From Nitrospinales bacterium (GTDB taxonomy: Bacteria > Nitrospinota > Nitrospinia > Nitrospinales > VA-1): 64,000 bases of DNA. The stretch lies in the NCBI GenBank assembly GCA_965223795.1, contig CBDCXL010000002.1, positions 1,632,001 through 1,696,000 on the forward strand, given 5' to 3'. The notes under the pieces are model-generated. The model was not told the DNA's origin, searched no databases, and saw nothing but the letters and a program-made list of their open reading frames with translations. Position numbers and translations under genes: made by a program. Positions 37,259 to 47,051 of this stretch are shown one piece after another (the stretch's first letter is position 1; every line of letters starts with the position of its first letter).

Positions 37259-38800
37259 ATGGATTCCCTTTTACACATTAAGAACGCGGCGTCTCAAACG
37301 GGTCGATTTATGAAACTGATAGACAACCAAGCCAATATCCAGGCCATCCGGAAAATATCTTCCCTGTTTAAAACCTCATCGATGGAAATCGACGAACTGT
37401 TGAGCACGGTCATCAATACCGCCGCGGAAATCGTGAGCGCCCGGAACGCTTCGCTGCTGCTGGTTCAGGACGAAAAAACCAAAAAACTGCAGTACTACCA
37501 GGCTTCGGGGGAAAACATGGGGCAGCTCAAGGACATTGAGATCCCTCCCGGAGTGGGCATCGCGGGCACGGTGTCCAAGACCGGCACCGCCATCGTGTCC
37601 AACGACGTGCAGAACGACCCGCGCTGGTTCAAAAAAGTCAGCGAAGAGGTGCACGATCTGGTGGAATCGATCGCCTGCATGCCGTTGATCCTGGAAAAAA
37701 AAGTGATCGGCGTGATTCAGTTCATGGACAAGCAGGATGGCGATGGTTTTTCCGAAAAGGACGTGGAGATCCTGGAAAAGTTCGCCCTGATGATTCCCAA
37801 ATTTTTTCTCGCATCCAAAAGCCGGGTGGCCCTGGGCGAGGAATTCAACCGGCTGAAAGAAAAATACCTGAAACGGTACATGATCGTCGGCGAAAGCCAG
37901 GCCATCCAGAAATGCATCGCGCTCGCGGAACGGCTGGCCGACTCCAAGGCCGCGGTGCTGATTTCCGGTGAAAGCGGCACCGGCAAGGAGTTGTTCGCGC
38001 ACCTGATTCACGATCACGGCCCGCGGCAGACCAAGCCCTTCGTTTCGGTGAGCTGCGGCGCCCTGCCCGCTTCCATCCTCGAGCGGGAGCTGTTCGGCCA
38101 TGAAAAAGGCGCGTTCACCAGCGCCGACACCACCAAGATCGGCCTGTTCGAAGCGGCGCACACCGGCACGCTGTTTCTCGATGAAATCGGCGAAATGCCC
38201 ATGGACATGCAGGTGAAACTGCTGCGCGTGATCCAGGAGGAATCGTTCATCCGTCTGGGCGGCACCGAAACCATCAACGTGGACGTGCGTATTATCACCG
38301 CCACGAACCGCGACCTCGAACAGATGGTGCGGGAAGGCCAGTTCCGCCAGGACCTCTATTATAGAATCAATGTCATCGGAATCAAACTGCCGCCGCTGCG
38401 CGAACGGCGGGAGGACATTCCGGACCTGGTCACCTATTTCATGAGAAAACACACGCCCGATGGCCAGCCCAGCCGAAAAATCAGCAAGAATCTCATGGCC
38501 CATCTGATGGGATACAACTGGCCGGGCAACATCCGCGAACTGGAAAACACGATGGAGCGCGCGATCGTTCTCACCGACGGCACTGAATTGACGCCGGAGG
38601 CGTTTCCGTTTGAATCGCAGCAGACTCCCATCGAAGTCAATGTCGGCTCCTCGCTCAAGGAAGCCAACGATTCCTTCCGGCGCACGTTCATCATGAACAC
38701 GCTGAAATCCACAGCGGGCAACCGCACCAAGGCGGCGAAGATCCTCAACGTGCAGCGCTCTTATCTTTCCCGGCTCATCAAGGAACTGGAAATCGACTGA
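37259..38800 (+). CDS. sigma54-dependent activator with GAF domain (GAF, AAA+, Fis-type HTH)
   Basis: GAF domain (GIAG.V..G..IVSNDVQNDPR), GESGTGKE, ELFGHEKGAFTSA, LFLDEIGE, FRQDLYYRI, WPGNIREL, GNRTKAAKIL. Confidence 0.93.
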   Translation: MDSLLHIKNAASQTGRFMKLIDNQANIQAIRKISSLFKTSSMEIDELLSTVINTAAEIVSARNASLLLVQDEKTKKLQYYQASGENMGQLKDIEIPPGVGIAGTVSKTGTAIVSNDVQNDPRWFKKVSEEVHDLVESIACMPLILEKKVIGVIQFMDKQDGDGFSEKDVEILEKFALMIPKFFLASKSRVALGEEFNRLKEKYLKRYMIVGESQAIQKCIALAERLADSKAAVLISGESGTGKELFAHLIHDHGPRQTKPFVSVSCGALPASILERELFGHEKGAFTSADTTKIGLFEAAHTGTLFLDEIGEMPMDMQVKLLRVIQEESFIRLGGTETINVDVRIITATNRDLEQMVREGQFRQDLYYRINVIGIKLPPLRERREDIPDLVTYFMRKHTPDGQPSRKISKNLMAHLMGYNWPGNIRELENTMERAIVLTDGTELTPEAFPFESQQTPIEVNVGSSLKEANDSFRRTFIMNTLKSTAGNRTKAAKILNVQRSYLSRLIKELEID

Positions 38801-38971
38801 CCGTTCTCCCCGTCACGCACTTCCTCAGACGCGCATAAAAACCCCATTGCCCGGCGGTTTCTGGTAATATGCCTGCCGCCCCAACCTGATTCGACGATTC
38901 GAACAACGCGGCATCGGGTCCGCGGACCGTTTGGGGCCGTCCGTCAGACCACCTGCAACTCAGAGTGAACC

Positions 38972-39823
38972 ATGGCCCTCATCGACGGCAAGCAAGTCGC
39001 TTCTGAAATCAAGGAAACCATCGCGGAACGCGTGACCGCGCTGAAGGAGAAAACCGGCAAGTCGCCGGGGCTGGCGACGGTGCTGGTCGGCGACGACCCG
39101 GCATCGGCGGTGTACGTCCGCAACAAGAACAAGACCTGCCAGAAACTGGGATTCGTTTCCTTCGAGCACAACCTGCCTGAAACCACGCCGGAGAACGAGC
39201 TGCTTCAATTGATCGAAACGCTCAACAACAATCCGGAGGTGAGCGGCATCCTGGTGCAGCTGCCGTTGCCCAAACAGATCGATTCGAAAAAGGTGCTGGA
39301 AGCGGTCGATCCGATGAAGGACGTGGACGGCTTCCACCCGGTGAATGTCGGGCATCTGGCGACCGGGGAGGCGCTTCTCACTCCGTGTACGCCCACGGGC
39401 ATCATAAGGCTGCTCGATCACAGCGGCATCGCCATCGAAGGGGCGCGGGCGGTGGTGCTCGGGCGCAGCAACATCGTCGGCAAGCCCGCGGCGATGCTGC
39501 TTTTGCAGCGCAACGCGACGGTGACCGTCTGCCATTCGCGTACGCGCGATCTGGCCGAGGTGACCCGGTCGGCGGACATTCTGGTCGCGGCCATCGGCAA
39601 ACCCAAATTTGTGACCGGCGACATGGTGAAAGAAGGGGCGGCGGTGATCGATGTGGGCATCAACCGGGTGGACGGCAAGCTGGTGGGCGATGTGGATTTT
39701 GAGGCCGTGTCTCCCAGGGCGGCCTGGATCACGCCGGTTCCGGGAGGCGTCGGGCCGATGACCATCGCGCTGCTCATGGAAAACACGCTCAAGGCCTTTC
39801 GGGCGCAGAACGGCCTCACCTGA
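38972..39823 (+). CDS. folD: Bifunctional methylene-THF dehydrogenase/cyclohydrolase
   Basis: [58 protein letters not shown]. Confidence 0.97.
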   Translation: MALIDGKQVASEIKETIAERVTALKEKTGKSPGLATVLVGDDPASAVYVRNKNKTCQKLGFVSFEHNLPETTPENELLQLIETLNNNPEVSGILVQLPLPKQIDSKKVLEAVDPMKDVDGFHPVNVGHLATGEALLTPCTPTGIIRLLDHSGIAIEGARAVVLGRSNIVGKPAAMLLLQRNATVTVCHSRTRDLAEVTRSADILVAAIGKPKFVTGDMVKEGAAVIDVGINRVDGKLVGDVDFEAVSPRAAWITPVPGGVGPMTIALLMENTLKAFRAQNGLT

Positions 39824-39845
39824 ACCGCCGGTCCGGTTTCATCAC

Positions 39846-41210
39846 ATGAACAACGAACTGTTTCCAGAAGAGACGGGGGAAGAGGCGCCCCGCGTCTACA
39901 AAGTTTCCGAGCTGACACGCGGGGTGCGCGCGGTTTTGGAGCAGGCATTCGATTCTGTGTGGGTGGAGGGCGAGATCTCCAATCTCAGGGTGGCGGCCTC
40001 GAAGCACGCGTATTTCGTGCTCAAGGATGAAAAATCGCAGATCCGCTGTGTGCTGTTCAAGAATTACCGGGCCGGTCTCAAGTTCGACCTTGTCGATGGC
40101 GATCATGTCAAGCTGTTCGGCCGGCTGACGGTGTACGATGCGCGCGGGGAATACCAGATCATCGTCGAGACGGTGGAGCCGGTGGGACTGGGCGCTCTGC
40201 AGAAAGCCTACGAGCAGCTCAAGGAAAAACTGCAACAGGAAGGGTTGTTCGACGCCTCCCGCAAGCAAAGCCTGCCGCAGTTTCCCTGGAAAATCGGCGT
40301 CGTGACCTCGCCCACGGGCGCCGCAGTGCGGGATGTGCTGAACGTCATCCGCCGCCGCAATGCGAAAGTCTCGGTGCTGGTGTTTCCGGTCAAGGTTCAG
40401 GGGGAAGGCGCTGCCGAAGAGGTGGCGGCGGCGATCGAACGGGCCAACCGGCTGACCGGCATCGATGTTCTCATCGTGGGCCGCGGCGGCGGCTCGATCG
40501 AGGATCTGTGGGCGTTCAATGAAGAGCGGGTCGCCCGCGCCATCGCGGCCTCGCGCATTCCGGTGGTCTCGGCGGTGGGCCATGAAATCGATTTCACCAT
40601 CGCCGACTTCGTGGCGGACCTGCGCGCCCCGACGCCTTCGGCGGCGGCGGAGCTGACGGTGCCGGTGCTGCGCGACATCGTGTTCACGATCGCATCGCAC
40701 ACAAGACAAATGATCGCCACCAGCGAGCGGCGGCTGATCGAGCACCGCGAACGGCTGCACCGCCTGATGGACCGCCGTTTCTTCAAGCAGCCGCTGGAAA
40801 TTCTCACTCCGCACGAGCAGCGCCTGGACGACCTCAACCACCGTCTGCTGCGCGGGCTGGGGCAATGGGTCCTGCTGCAGCGGGAACGGCTGAAGGGCCA
40901 GGTGGAGCGGCTGTTTCAGGCTTCGCCGCAGAAACGCATCGCGCCGCTCACGGAAAGGAGCGAGGCGCTCCGGCACCGGCTCGTTCAGCGCATGACCGCT
41001 CAGGTGAAATACGAAATAAACCGCTTCGAAGGCGTGGTCAAAAACCTCAATGCCCTCAACCCGCTGACGATTCTCGAACGGGGATACAGCATCTGCACTC
41101 TGAAAGGCAAGGGCTTGAAATCCTCAAGCGACGCGAAACCGGGAGATTCCGTGCAGGTGCGCCTTGCGCGCGGCCGTCTTGACTGCAAGGTGGAGGAAAC
41201 GCGGGATTGA
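39846..41210 (+). CDS. xseA: Exodeoxyribonuclease VII large subunit
   Basis: VWVEGEISN, IGVVTSPTGAA.RD, GRGGGSIEDLWAFNEE, VGHEIDFTIADFVADLRAPTPSAAAE. Confidence 0.97.
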   Translation: MNNELFPEETGEEAPRVYKVSELTRGVRAVLEQAFDSVWVEGEISNLRVAASKHAYFVLKDEKSQIRCVLFKNYRAGLKFDLVDGDHVKLFGRLTVYDARGEYQIIVETVEPVGLGALQKAYEQLKEKLQQEGLFDASRKQSLPQFPWKIGVVTSPTGAAVRDVLNVIRRRNAKVSVLVFPVKVQGEGAAEEVAAAIERANRLTGIDVLIVGRGGGSIEDLWAFNEERVARAIAASRIPVVSAVGHEIDFTIADFVADLRAPTPSAAAELTVPVLRDIVFTIASHTRQMIATSERRLIEHRERLHRLMDRRFFKQPLEILTPHEQRLDDLNHRLLRGLGQWVLLQRERLKGQVERLFQASPQKRIAPLTERSEALRHRLVQRMTAQVKYEINRFEGVVKNLNALNPLTILERGYSICTLKGKGLKSSSDAKPGDSVQVRLARGRLDCKVEETRD

Positions 41211-41423
41211 AATTAAGTGCGGCTTTTCAAACGGATCGCCCGCTATTTCGCGGTTGTGGATGCGGTCTGCCGTTGCGGATTTCATGAGGGCCTGCTTTTT
41301 CAGAATTCCCCGCCCCTGTTATTCCCGTTTGCAAATTTTTCCGGGTTTTCAAGTCCTGTTTCCCGCTAAGGTCCTGTTCTCCTAAGACCTTATTCCAGAA
41401 TGCCTTGCTCATATTTCGAGGTG

Positions 41424-41452
41424 TTGACCCTCAGGTTCATACGTTATATATT
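41424..41452 (+). promoter_or_regulatory. sigma70-like promoter of the caspase-like gene
   Basis: TTGACC-N17-TATATT, about 40 bp upstream of ATG 41494. Confidence 0.55.
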
Positions 41453-41493
41453 CCTTAGTTGAACCTACAGAAGACCGCTGCCTCGAGTCATTC

Positions 41494-44400
41494 ATGAAAA
41501 CCCCACATTTCGGGTGCGTTTTATTGCTGTTGTTTCTGCTGCTTCCGGTTGCTCCGGCGCTGCCGGAAACGAACCAAACCGACACCCGCGGGCACAAGGA
41601 ATTTTCCGTCCGCGATAAGAATGGAAAAAAAATCTGGCTTTATAAAGAAAGCCATGCCCTCGTCGTGGGGATCAGCGATTACCGCAAAGGCTGGCCCGAC
41701 ATTCCCGGAATCAAAAACGACATCCGGGCGGTTTCCGAAACGCTCAAAGACCAGGGCTTTCACGTCAAGGTCGTGGAAAACCCCAATCAGAGGGAACTGG
41801 AAGACGCCTTCCGCAATTTCATCCTCACGCACGGTCTCAAACCCGAGAACCGCCTTTTGTTTTATTTCGCCGGGCACGGCTACACCCACAAACCCAGCTA
41901 TGCGGTCAAGGATCCCGACGAATGGATGGGCTACATCGTGTCGCGCGACGCGCCGGACCCCAGGCAGGACCTGCCTGGTTTTTTCCGCCACGCCCTCAGC
42001 ATGCAGAACATGGAGGAGCTGGCTTTGAAGATCGAGTCCAAGCACGCGATCTTCGTGTTCGACAGCTGTTTTTCGGGTTCGGTGTTCGCTTTCAGCCGCG
42101 CCATTCCCAGGGACATCCGCGAGAGGACCTCCAAACCGGTGCGCCAGTTCATCACCGCCGGCAACGCCGACCAGCAGATTCCGGACATCAGTATTTTCCG
42201 CAGGCAGTTTGTCACCGCTCTGACGGGCGAGGGGGACAAGAACAAGGACGGATACCTGACCGGCACGGAACTGGGCATGTATCTTGAGGAAACGGTCACG
42301 AATCTGACACGCGGTTCGCAGACGCCGCAGTACGGGAAAATCCGCCACCGCAGGCTCAACAAGGGAGATTTCGTGTTTCCCCTGAAGGCCGTGACTGGAG
42401 ATAAGGTTGCTTCGAGCGGATCGTCCAGCAGTGAAGTCTCGGCGCTGGACAAGCTGTTGAGCGATGTCAAAAAGAAAATTTTCAAAAAGGAAGAGCGGCA
42501 AAAAAACATCGAAACGCATTTCGCCAAACTGCAGGAACTGGACAGCGTCGATGAGAGCCTGGTTTCCCGCAGCGTGAAGATCAAATCCTGGCAGGAGTTC
42601 ATCGACAAGTACCCCGAAGACAATCCCCGGATGGATGACGCCAACAAGCGAATTCGCGACCTGAAAGGCAGCGACAAGAGCAAGGAGGTGGAGAAACGTT
42701 ATCGTGAAATTCTTGCCAAGCAGGCAAAACTGGCGTCCCTGGACGAAAAAGCCAAACTGTGGGAAGACTTCATCGGTGCTTATCCGGACCGCAATCCGCA
42801 TTTGAAGGACGCGAAAAACCGCGTTCAGGAACTCAAAAAACAAAGCCGCCAGGAAGAAATCAAGAAACAGTATGCGCTGCTCGTGTCAAAGGAAGAAAAA
42901 GTGGATTCCCCGGATGAAAAGATCCGCATGTGGCAGGGATTCACGAAGAAGTATCCCGATCGCAATCCGCATCTGAAGGATGCGAAGGGACGGATGGACA
43001 ACCTGCGTCAGGAGAAAAAAATCCGCGACGAGTACGATCGTCTGGTCAAGCTGGATAAAAAGTCAGGTTCGTTTGAGGAAAAAGCGGAGCGCTGGAAAAA
43101 GTTCATCGATACGTATCCCGAAAACAACCCGCGTTTGAAAAACGCCAAGTCCAAGCAAAAAGCCTGGACGCAGAAACACCGGGAGAAAAACATCGAGGAG
43201 CAGGTGGCCAATATTTTATCGCTCGATAAAAAGAGCGCCACTCTCGAAGAGAAACTGGCGGCCTGGACGGGTTTTCTGACGCAGTTTCCGGAAAACAACC
43301 CGCGCGAGAAGTTCGCCCGCAATAAACTCAAGGCACTCAAAAAAGCGAAGGTGAAGCAGGAAAAGGACAAACTGGCCGCGGCACGGCAAAAAATGGAGGC
43401 GCAGCGCAAAGCCAATCAACTTAAAAAAGAACGTCTGGCAGAGGAACGCCGGCGCCTGGAACAACAGCGCAAGGCCGTGCTGGAAAAGAAAAAGAAGAAA
43501 AAAAATATAGAAGAGAAGGATAAGGTGGCCTCCAGGGAGCGGGTTTCCTCGACACGGAAACAAGCCCTGCCGCCTCCGGCAAAAGTGAGCGGCATGGTGC
43601 AGATTCCCACAGGGAAGTTTTACGGCGGCGAAGTGGGCTCCTTGAAACTGGTGAACACGGATTCGTTCTACATCGATGCGAAGGAAGTGACGCAACAGGA
43701 ATATGAAAAGGTGATGGGAAAAAACCCCTCTCACTTCAAAGGTCCGGACCGCCCGGTGGAACGGGTCACCTGGCACGAGGCGAAGCAGTACTGCGAGAAA
43801 CTCGGCAAGCGGCTTCCCAGAATGAATGAATGGGAAAAAGCGGCGCGCGCGGGAACCCGTACGCGGTTTTACTGGGGCGACCGTCTGGAAAAAAACAAAG
43901 CCAACTGCGAAGGCTGTGGCAGCCGCTGGGACGGACTGCAGACGGCGCCGGTCGGCAGTTTTTCGCCCAACCGGCTGGGTCTGTACGACATGGCGGGCAA
44001 TGTCTGGGAATGGATGGAAGAATCCCACGACGAGCTCAACAAGTACCTGCGCGGCGGTTCCTGGCTGGACGACACCACCCAGGTACAGCCCGACGGCACA
44101 TATTTCGTCAGGCCCGACAACCGCAGCTACGACATCGGCTTCCGCTGCGTCAGCGACCGCGCGCCTTCGCCCAACCAGAAAGTGGCTTCTCTGGAGCCGG
44201 CGCGTGTCTCTTCCGGAACGGAGTCTGCCGGCGGCAAGTACAAGGGCATGGTCCGGGTACCCTCCGGTCAGTTCTACGCTGGCGAGGTGGGTTCCTTAAA
44301 ACCCAGGAGCACGAAATCGTTTTACATCGATGTGAAGGAAGTGACGCAACAGGAATACGAAAAGGTGATGGGCAAAAACCCTTCTCATTTCAAAGGCCCG

Positions 44401-44811
44401 GACCGCCCGGTGGAGCGGGTCACCTGGTACGAGGCAAAGGAGTACTGTGAGAAGCTGGGTAAACGGCTTCCGACCATGGCGGAATGGGAAAAGGCGGCGC
44501 GGGGCGGCACCGGCACGCGGTTTTACTGGGGCGATCAGCTTGGCAACAACAAGGCGAACTGCGATGGCTGCGGCAGCCGCTGGGACGGGCGGCAGACGGC
44601 TCCGGTCGGCAGTTTCCCGCCCAACCCGCTGGGTCTGTACGACATGGCGGGCAATGTGTGGGAATGGGTGAACGGGGCGCACGACAATTTAAACAAATAC
44701 CTGCGCGGTGGTTCCTGGCTGGACGATTCGAGCAATGTGCAGACGGACGGGACCTACTTCGTGCGTCCGGACAATAAAAGTTACGACATCGGTTTTCGCT
44801 GCGCGAAATGA
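41494..44811 (+). CDS. Secreted caspase-like (peptidase C14) protein with helical repeats and two FGE-sulfatase domains
   Basis: Signal peptide; ALVVGISDY, FYFAGHG, FVFDSCFSG, QTPQY; five W..F...YP..NP repeats; two FGE domains (EWEKAAR, YDMAGNVWEW, RGGSW, IGFRC). Confidence 0.88.
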   Translation: MKTPHFGCVLLLLFLLLPVAPALPETNQTDTRGHKEFSVRDKNGKKIWLYKESHALVVGISDYRKGWPDIPGIKNDIRAVSETLKDQGFHVKVVENPNQRELEDAFRNFILTHGLKPENRLLFYFAGHGYTHKPSYAVKDPDEWMGYIVSRDAPDPRQDLPGFFRHALSMQNMEELALKIESKHAIFVFDSCFSGSVFAFSRAIPRDIRERTSKPVRQFITAGNADQQIPDISIFRRQFVTALTGEGDKNKDGYLTGTELGMYLEETVTNLTRGSQTPQYGKIRHRRLNKGDFVFPLKAVTGDKVASSGSSSSEVSALDKLLSDVKKKIFKKEERQKNIETHFAKLQELDSVDESLVSRSVKIKSWQEFIDKYPEDNPRMDDANKRIRDLKGSDKSKEVEKRYREILAKQAKLASLDEKAKLWEDFIGAYPDRNPHLKDAKNRVQELKKQSRQEEIKKQYALLVSKEEKVDSPDEKIRMWQGFTKKYPDRNPHLKDAKGRMDNLRQEKKIRDEYDRLVKLDKKSGSFEEKAERWKKFIDTYPENNPRLKNAKSKQKAWTQKHREKNIEEQVANILSLDKKSATLEEKLAAWTGFLTQFPENNPREKFARNKLKALKKAKVKQEKDKLAAARQKMEAQRKANQLKKERLAEERRRLEQQRKAVLEKKKKKKNIEEKDKVASRERVSSTRKQALPPPAKVSGMVQIPTGKFYGGEVGSLKLVNTDSFYIDAKEVTQQEYEKVMGKNPSHFKGPDRPVERVTWHEAKQYCEKLGKRLPRMNEWEKAARAGTRTRFYWGDRLEKNKANCEGCGSRWDGLQTAPVGSFSPNRLGLYDMAGNVWEWMEESHDELNKYLRGGSWLDDTTQVQPDGTYFVRPDNRSYDIGFRCVSDRAPSPNQKVASLEPARVSSGTESAGGKYKGMVRVPSGQFYAGEVGSLKPRSTKSFYIDVKEVTQQEYEKVMGKNPSHFKGPDRPVERVTWYEAKEYCEKLGKRLPTMAEWEKAARGGTGTRFYWGDQLGNNKANCDGCGSRWDGRQTAPVGSFPPNPLGLYDMAGNVWEWVNGAHDNLNKYLRGGSWLDDSSNVQTDGTYFVRPDNKSYDIGFRCAK
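43591..44805 (+). repeat. Intragenic tandem duplication of the FGE domain (about 43591-44150 and 44245-44805)
   Basis: Near-identical protein and DNA, e.g. FYID(A/V)KEVTQQEYEKVMGKNPSHFKGPDRPVERVTW occurs twice. Confidence 0.9.
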
Positions 44812-44854
44812 TTGTTCAACCCGCTCTTAAAGGAGCGTCTGTGATGAGGAGGCC

Positions 44855-45103
44855 ATGGCGGAGATCAAGTTTGAAAAGGCGATGAAGCGGCTGGAGCAGA
44901 TTGTCGAGGAGCTGGAAAAAGGCGAGCTGGATATCGACAAATCGCTTGAAATTTTCGAAGAGGGCATCAAGATGTCCCGAGTCTGCTCGAAAAAGCTCAA
45001 TGAAGCGGAAGCGAAGATCGAAAAACTGACCGAGGACAAAAAGGGGGAGTTGATCACGGAATTGTTTCCTGTTGAAGAAGAGGACCATGACGCCCCCGAA
45101 TAA
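44855..45103 (+). CDS. xseB: Exodeoxyribonuclease VII small subunit
   Basis: FEKAMKRLEQIVEELEKGELDIDKSLEIFEEGIK...L.EAEAKIEKL. Confidence 0.95.
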   Translation: MAEIKFEKAMKRLEQIVEELEKGELDIDKSLEIFEEGIKMSRVCSKKLNEAEAKIEKLTEDKKGELITELFPVEEEDHDAPE

Positions 45104-45883
45104 AAAAATACGCCTCGATCAGCTGCTGGTAAAAAAAAACTCTCCACCTCCCGGGAGCAGGCGCAGGGACTGATCCTTTCCGGCAAGGTGAAGGTCGACG
45201 CCGTCCCGGCTGATAAGCCGGGATCGCGTGTTCCGGAAGACAGCCTGGTGGAGGTGTCCGGCCCGGTTCATCCATATGTGAGCCGCGGCGGTGTCAAGCT
45301 GGCGCATGCGCTGGAACAGTTCGGGGTTTCACCGGAAGGCACGACCGCCCTTGATATCGGTGCTTCCACGGGAGGGTTTACCGATTGTCTTTTGCAGCGC
45401 GGCGCCCGCTGTGTGTATGCGGTGGACGTCGGTTACGGGCAGCTCGACTGGAAGCTGCAGAACGATTCCCGGGTCGTGCGCCTTGACCGCACCAACGCCC
45501 GCTATCTTTCCCGTAAGGATTTTAAGACCCCCGCCGATCTGGCTGTGGTCGACGTTTCCTTCATTTCCTTAAAACTCATCCTTTCTCCGGTGTTTGATCT
45601 ATTAAATCCGCAAGGCGACTGCGTCGCTCTCGTCAAGCCTCAGTTCGAAGTGGGCAAAGAGGACGTGGAGGGCAAGGGCATCATCAAAGATCCGCAGAAG
45701 CATTTGCGCGTGCTGTTGGGGTTGCACGCGTTTGTCGAGAAGCTGGGGGGGAGCGTGCTCAACGTGACCCGCTCTCCGGTTTTGGGGCAAAAAGGCAATC
45801 GTGAATTTTTCCTTCACTGCACGCCGCGAAAACGCGGGGCTTCTCTGTCCGAAGCGCGCATTCGTGAAGCCGTGCTTTCCTGA
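45087..45883 (+). CDS. tlyA: TlyA-family rRNA 2'-O-methyltransferase, frameshifted in the A9 run at 45131-45139
   Basis: ATG 45087 gives KIRLDQLLV; adding one A restores KKKLSTSREQAQGLILSGKVKV joined to YVSRGGVKL, LDIGASTGGFTDCLLQRGA, DVSFISL, LVKPQFE. Confidence 0.9.
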
Positions 45884-45910
45884 AGCAGACACATTTTTAA
45901 AGGAGCGTCC

Positions 45911-46498
45911 ATGATCCTGAGCGGCACCGACATTTTGAGTGTGGTTGAGAAGGGATTGTTCGTGATCGAGCCCAAGCCGGAGGCGGATCAGATCGACGCC
46001 ACGGCGGTCGATCTGCGCATGGGAACCTCTCTGTGGCTTTGGGACAAGGAGGCGATTCAGCGGGGCGGCGACGCGAGGGATGGAAAACCGGTGTGCGTCG
46101 ATGTGGACCGCATGGAGTATCAGGCGCTCACGGAACGGTATTTAAAGGAAGTGAAGCCCGATTCCGCGGGCAAGTACGTGATCGAGCCGGAGCGGGTGTA
46201 CCTGGCTTCGACTTATGAAAAGGTGGCACTTCCCACAGGCTCCAAGCTGGCGGCGCGCATCGAGGGGAAAAGCAGTCTGGCCCGGCTGGGGCTGGCGGTG
46301 CACATCACCGCGCCCACCATCCACTGCGGCACCGGGCTCGGCATCATCACACTGGAAATGTTCAACCAGGGACCGTTTTCGCTGGCCATGACGCCGGGGG
46401 CATCCAGGATCTGCCAGCTCATTCTGGAGCAGGTGTCGAGCGAACCGGAACAGCGCACCGGGCGCACCTTCATGGATCAGAAGACGCCGAAGGGCTGA
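45911..46498 (+). CDS. dcd: dCTP deaminase
   Basis: MILS..DI, VDLRMG, LASTYEKV.LP, IEGKSSLARLGL.VH.TAP.I, ITLEMFN, RICQL. Confidence 0.88.
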   Translation: MILSGTDILSVVEKGLFVIEPKPEADQIDATAVDLRMGTSLWLWDKEAIQRGGDARDGKPVCVDVDRMEYQALTERYLKEVKPDSAGKYVIEPERVYLASTYEKVALPTGSKLAARIEGKSSLARLGLAVHITAPTIHCGTGLGIITLEMFNQGPFSLAMTPGASRICQLILEQVSSEPEQRTGRTFMDQKTPKG

Positions 46499-46520
46499 GA
46501 AGGCGGAGCGTTTCGCGGAA

Positions 46521-46877
46521 TCAAATTTCGTCCTTGTACACGATGAAACTGTCCACAGGGTACACCAGGTGGGATTCGCCCCACTGGCCTTCCGCGTTCA
46601 GGTCCCAGGCCGATTCGTCTTCGAGAAATTTCATGCGGATGCCGCCGCTGCCGCCATAGATGAGCAGGGCGACGCCGTCGCCGGATTCTTCCACCTGGCA
46701 GGCATGAGCGGGACAGGGGCCGTTGGTTTGCAAGTCCCAGCCGGTTACCTGCACCGGCTGATCCTCGATGCCGCGGCGGTATTTGATGCAGAAAACTTCG
46801 CGCGCCGGAGACACGTCGCGGTAGAGCATGCTGAAGCTGTTTTCGGTGTTGGGGTTCGATTCCACTTCCAGATACAT
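46521..46877 (-). CDS. Hypothetical protein
   Basis: Globular-looking ORF (MYLEVESNPN..VTGW..VEESGDG..LIYGG..GIR); start uncertain (46877, 46937 or 46955). Confidence 0.65.
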   Translation of the reverse strand: MYLEVESNPNTENSFSMLYRDVSPAREVFCIKYRRGIEDQPVQVTGWDLQTNGPCPAHACQVEESGDGVALLIYGGSGGIRMKFLEDESAWDLNAEGQWGESHLVYPVDSFIVYKDEI

Positions 46878-47051
46878 GGCGTTGCCCTGAGCGTTCGCGT
46901 TGCGCTGATGCCTATGCGGGTTGATAAAAAACATCATAGCATTGGCGGCGTTCATTCCCTATTGGAAATTCCGTGTGCGTCTTTACGGGAGCGTTGAAAC
47001 AGAAGGAGTTCGGCGGGGAGAAACGGACTGTGAGGGCGCTAAATCGGTGAC

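Noticed and set aside
43591..44805. Diversity-generating retroelement TR/VR pair, since FGE/CLec domains are typical DGR targets
   Set aside because: Differences between the copies are mostly synonymous and not adenine-specific, both copies are in-frame coding, and there is no reverse transcriptase in the window.
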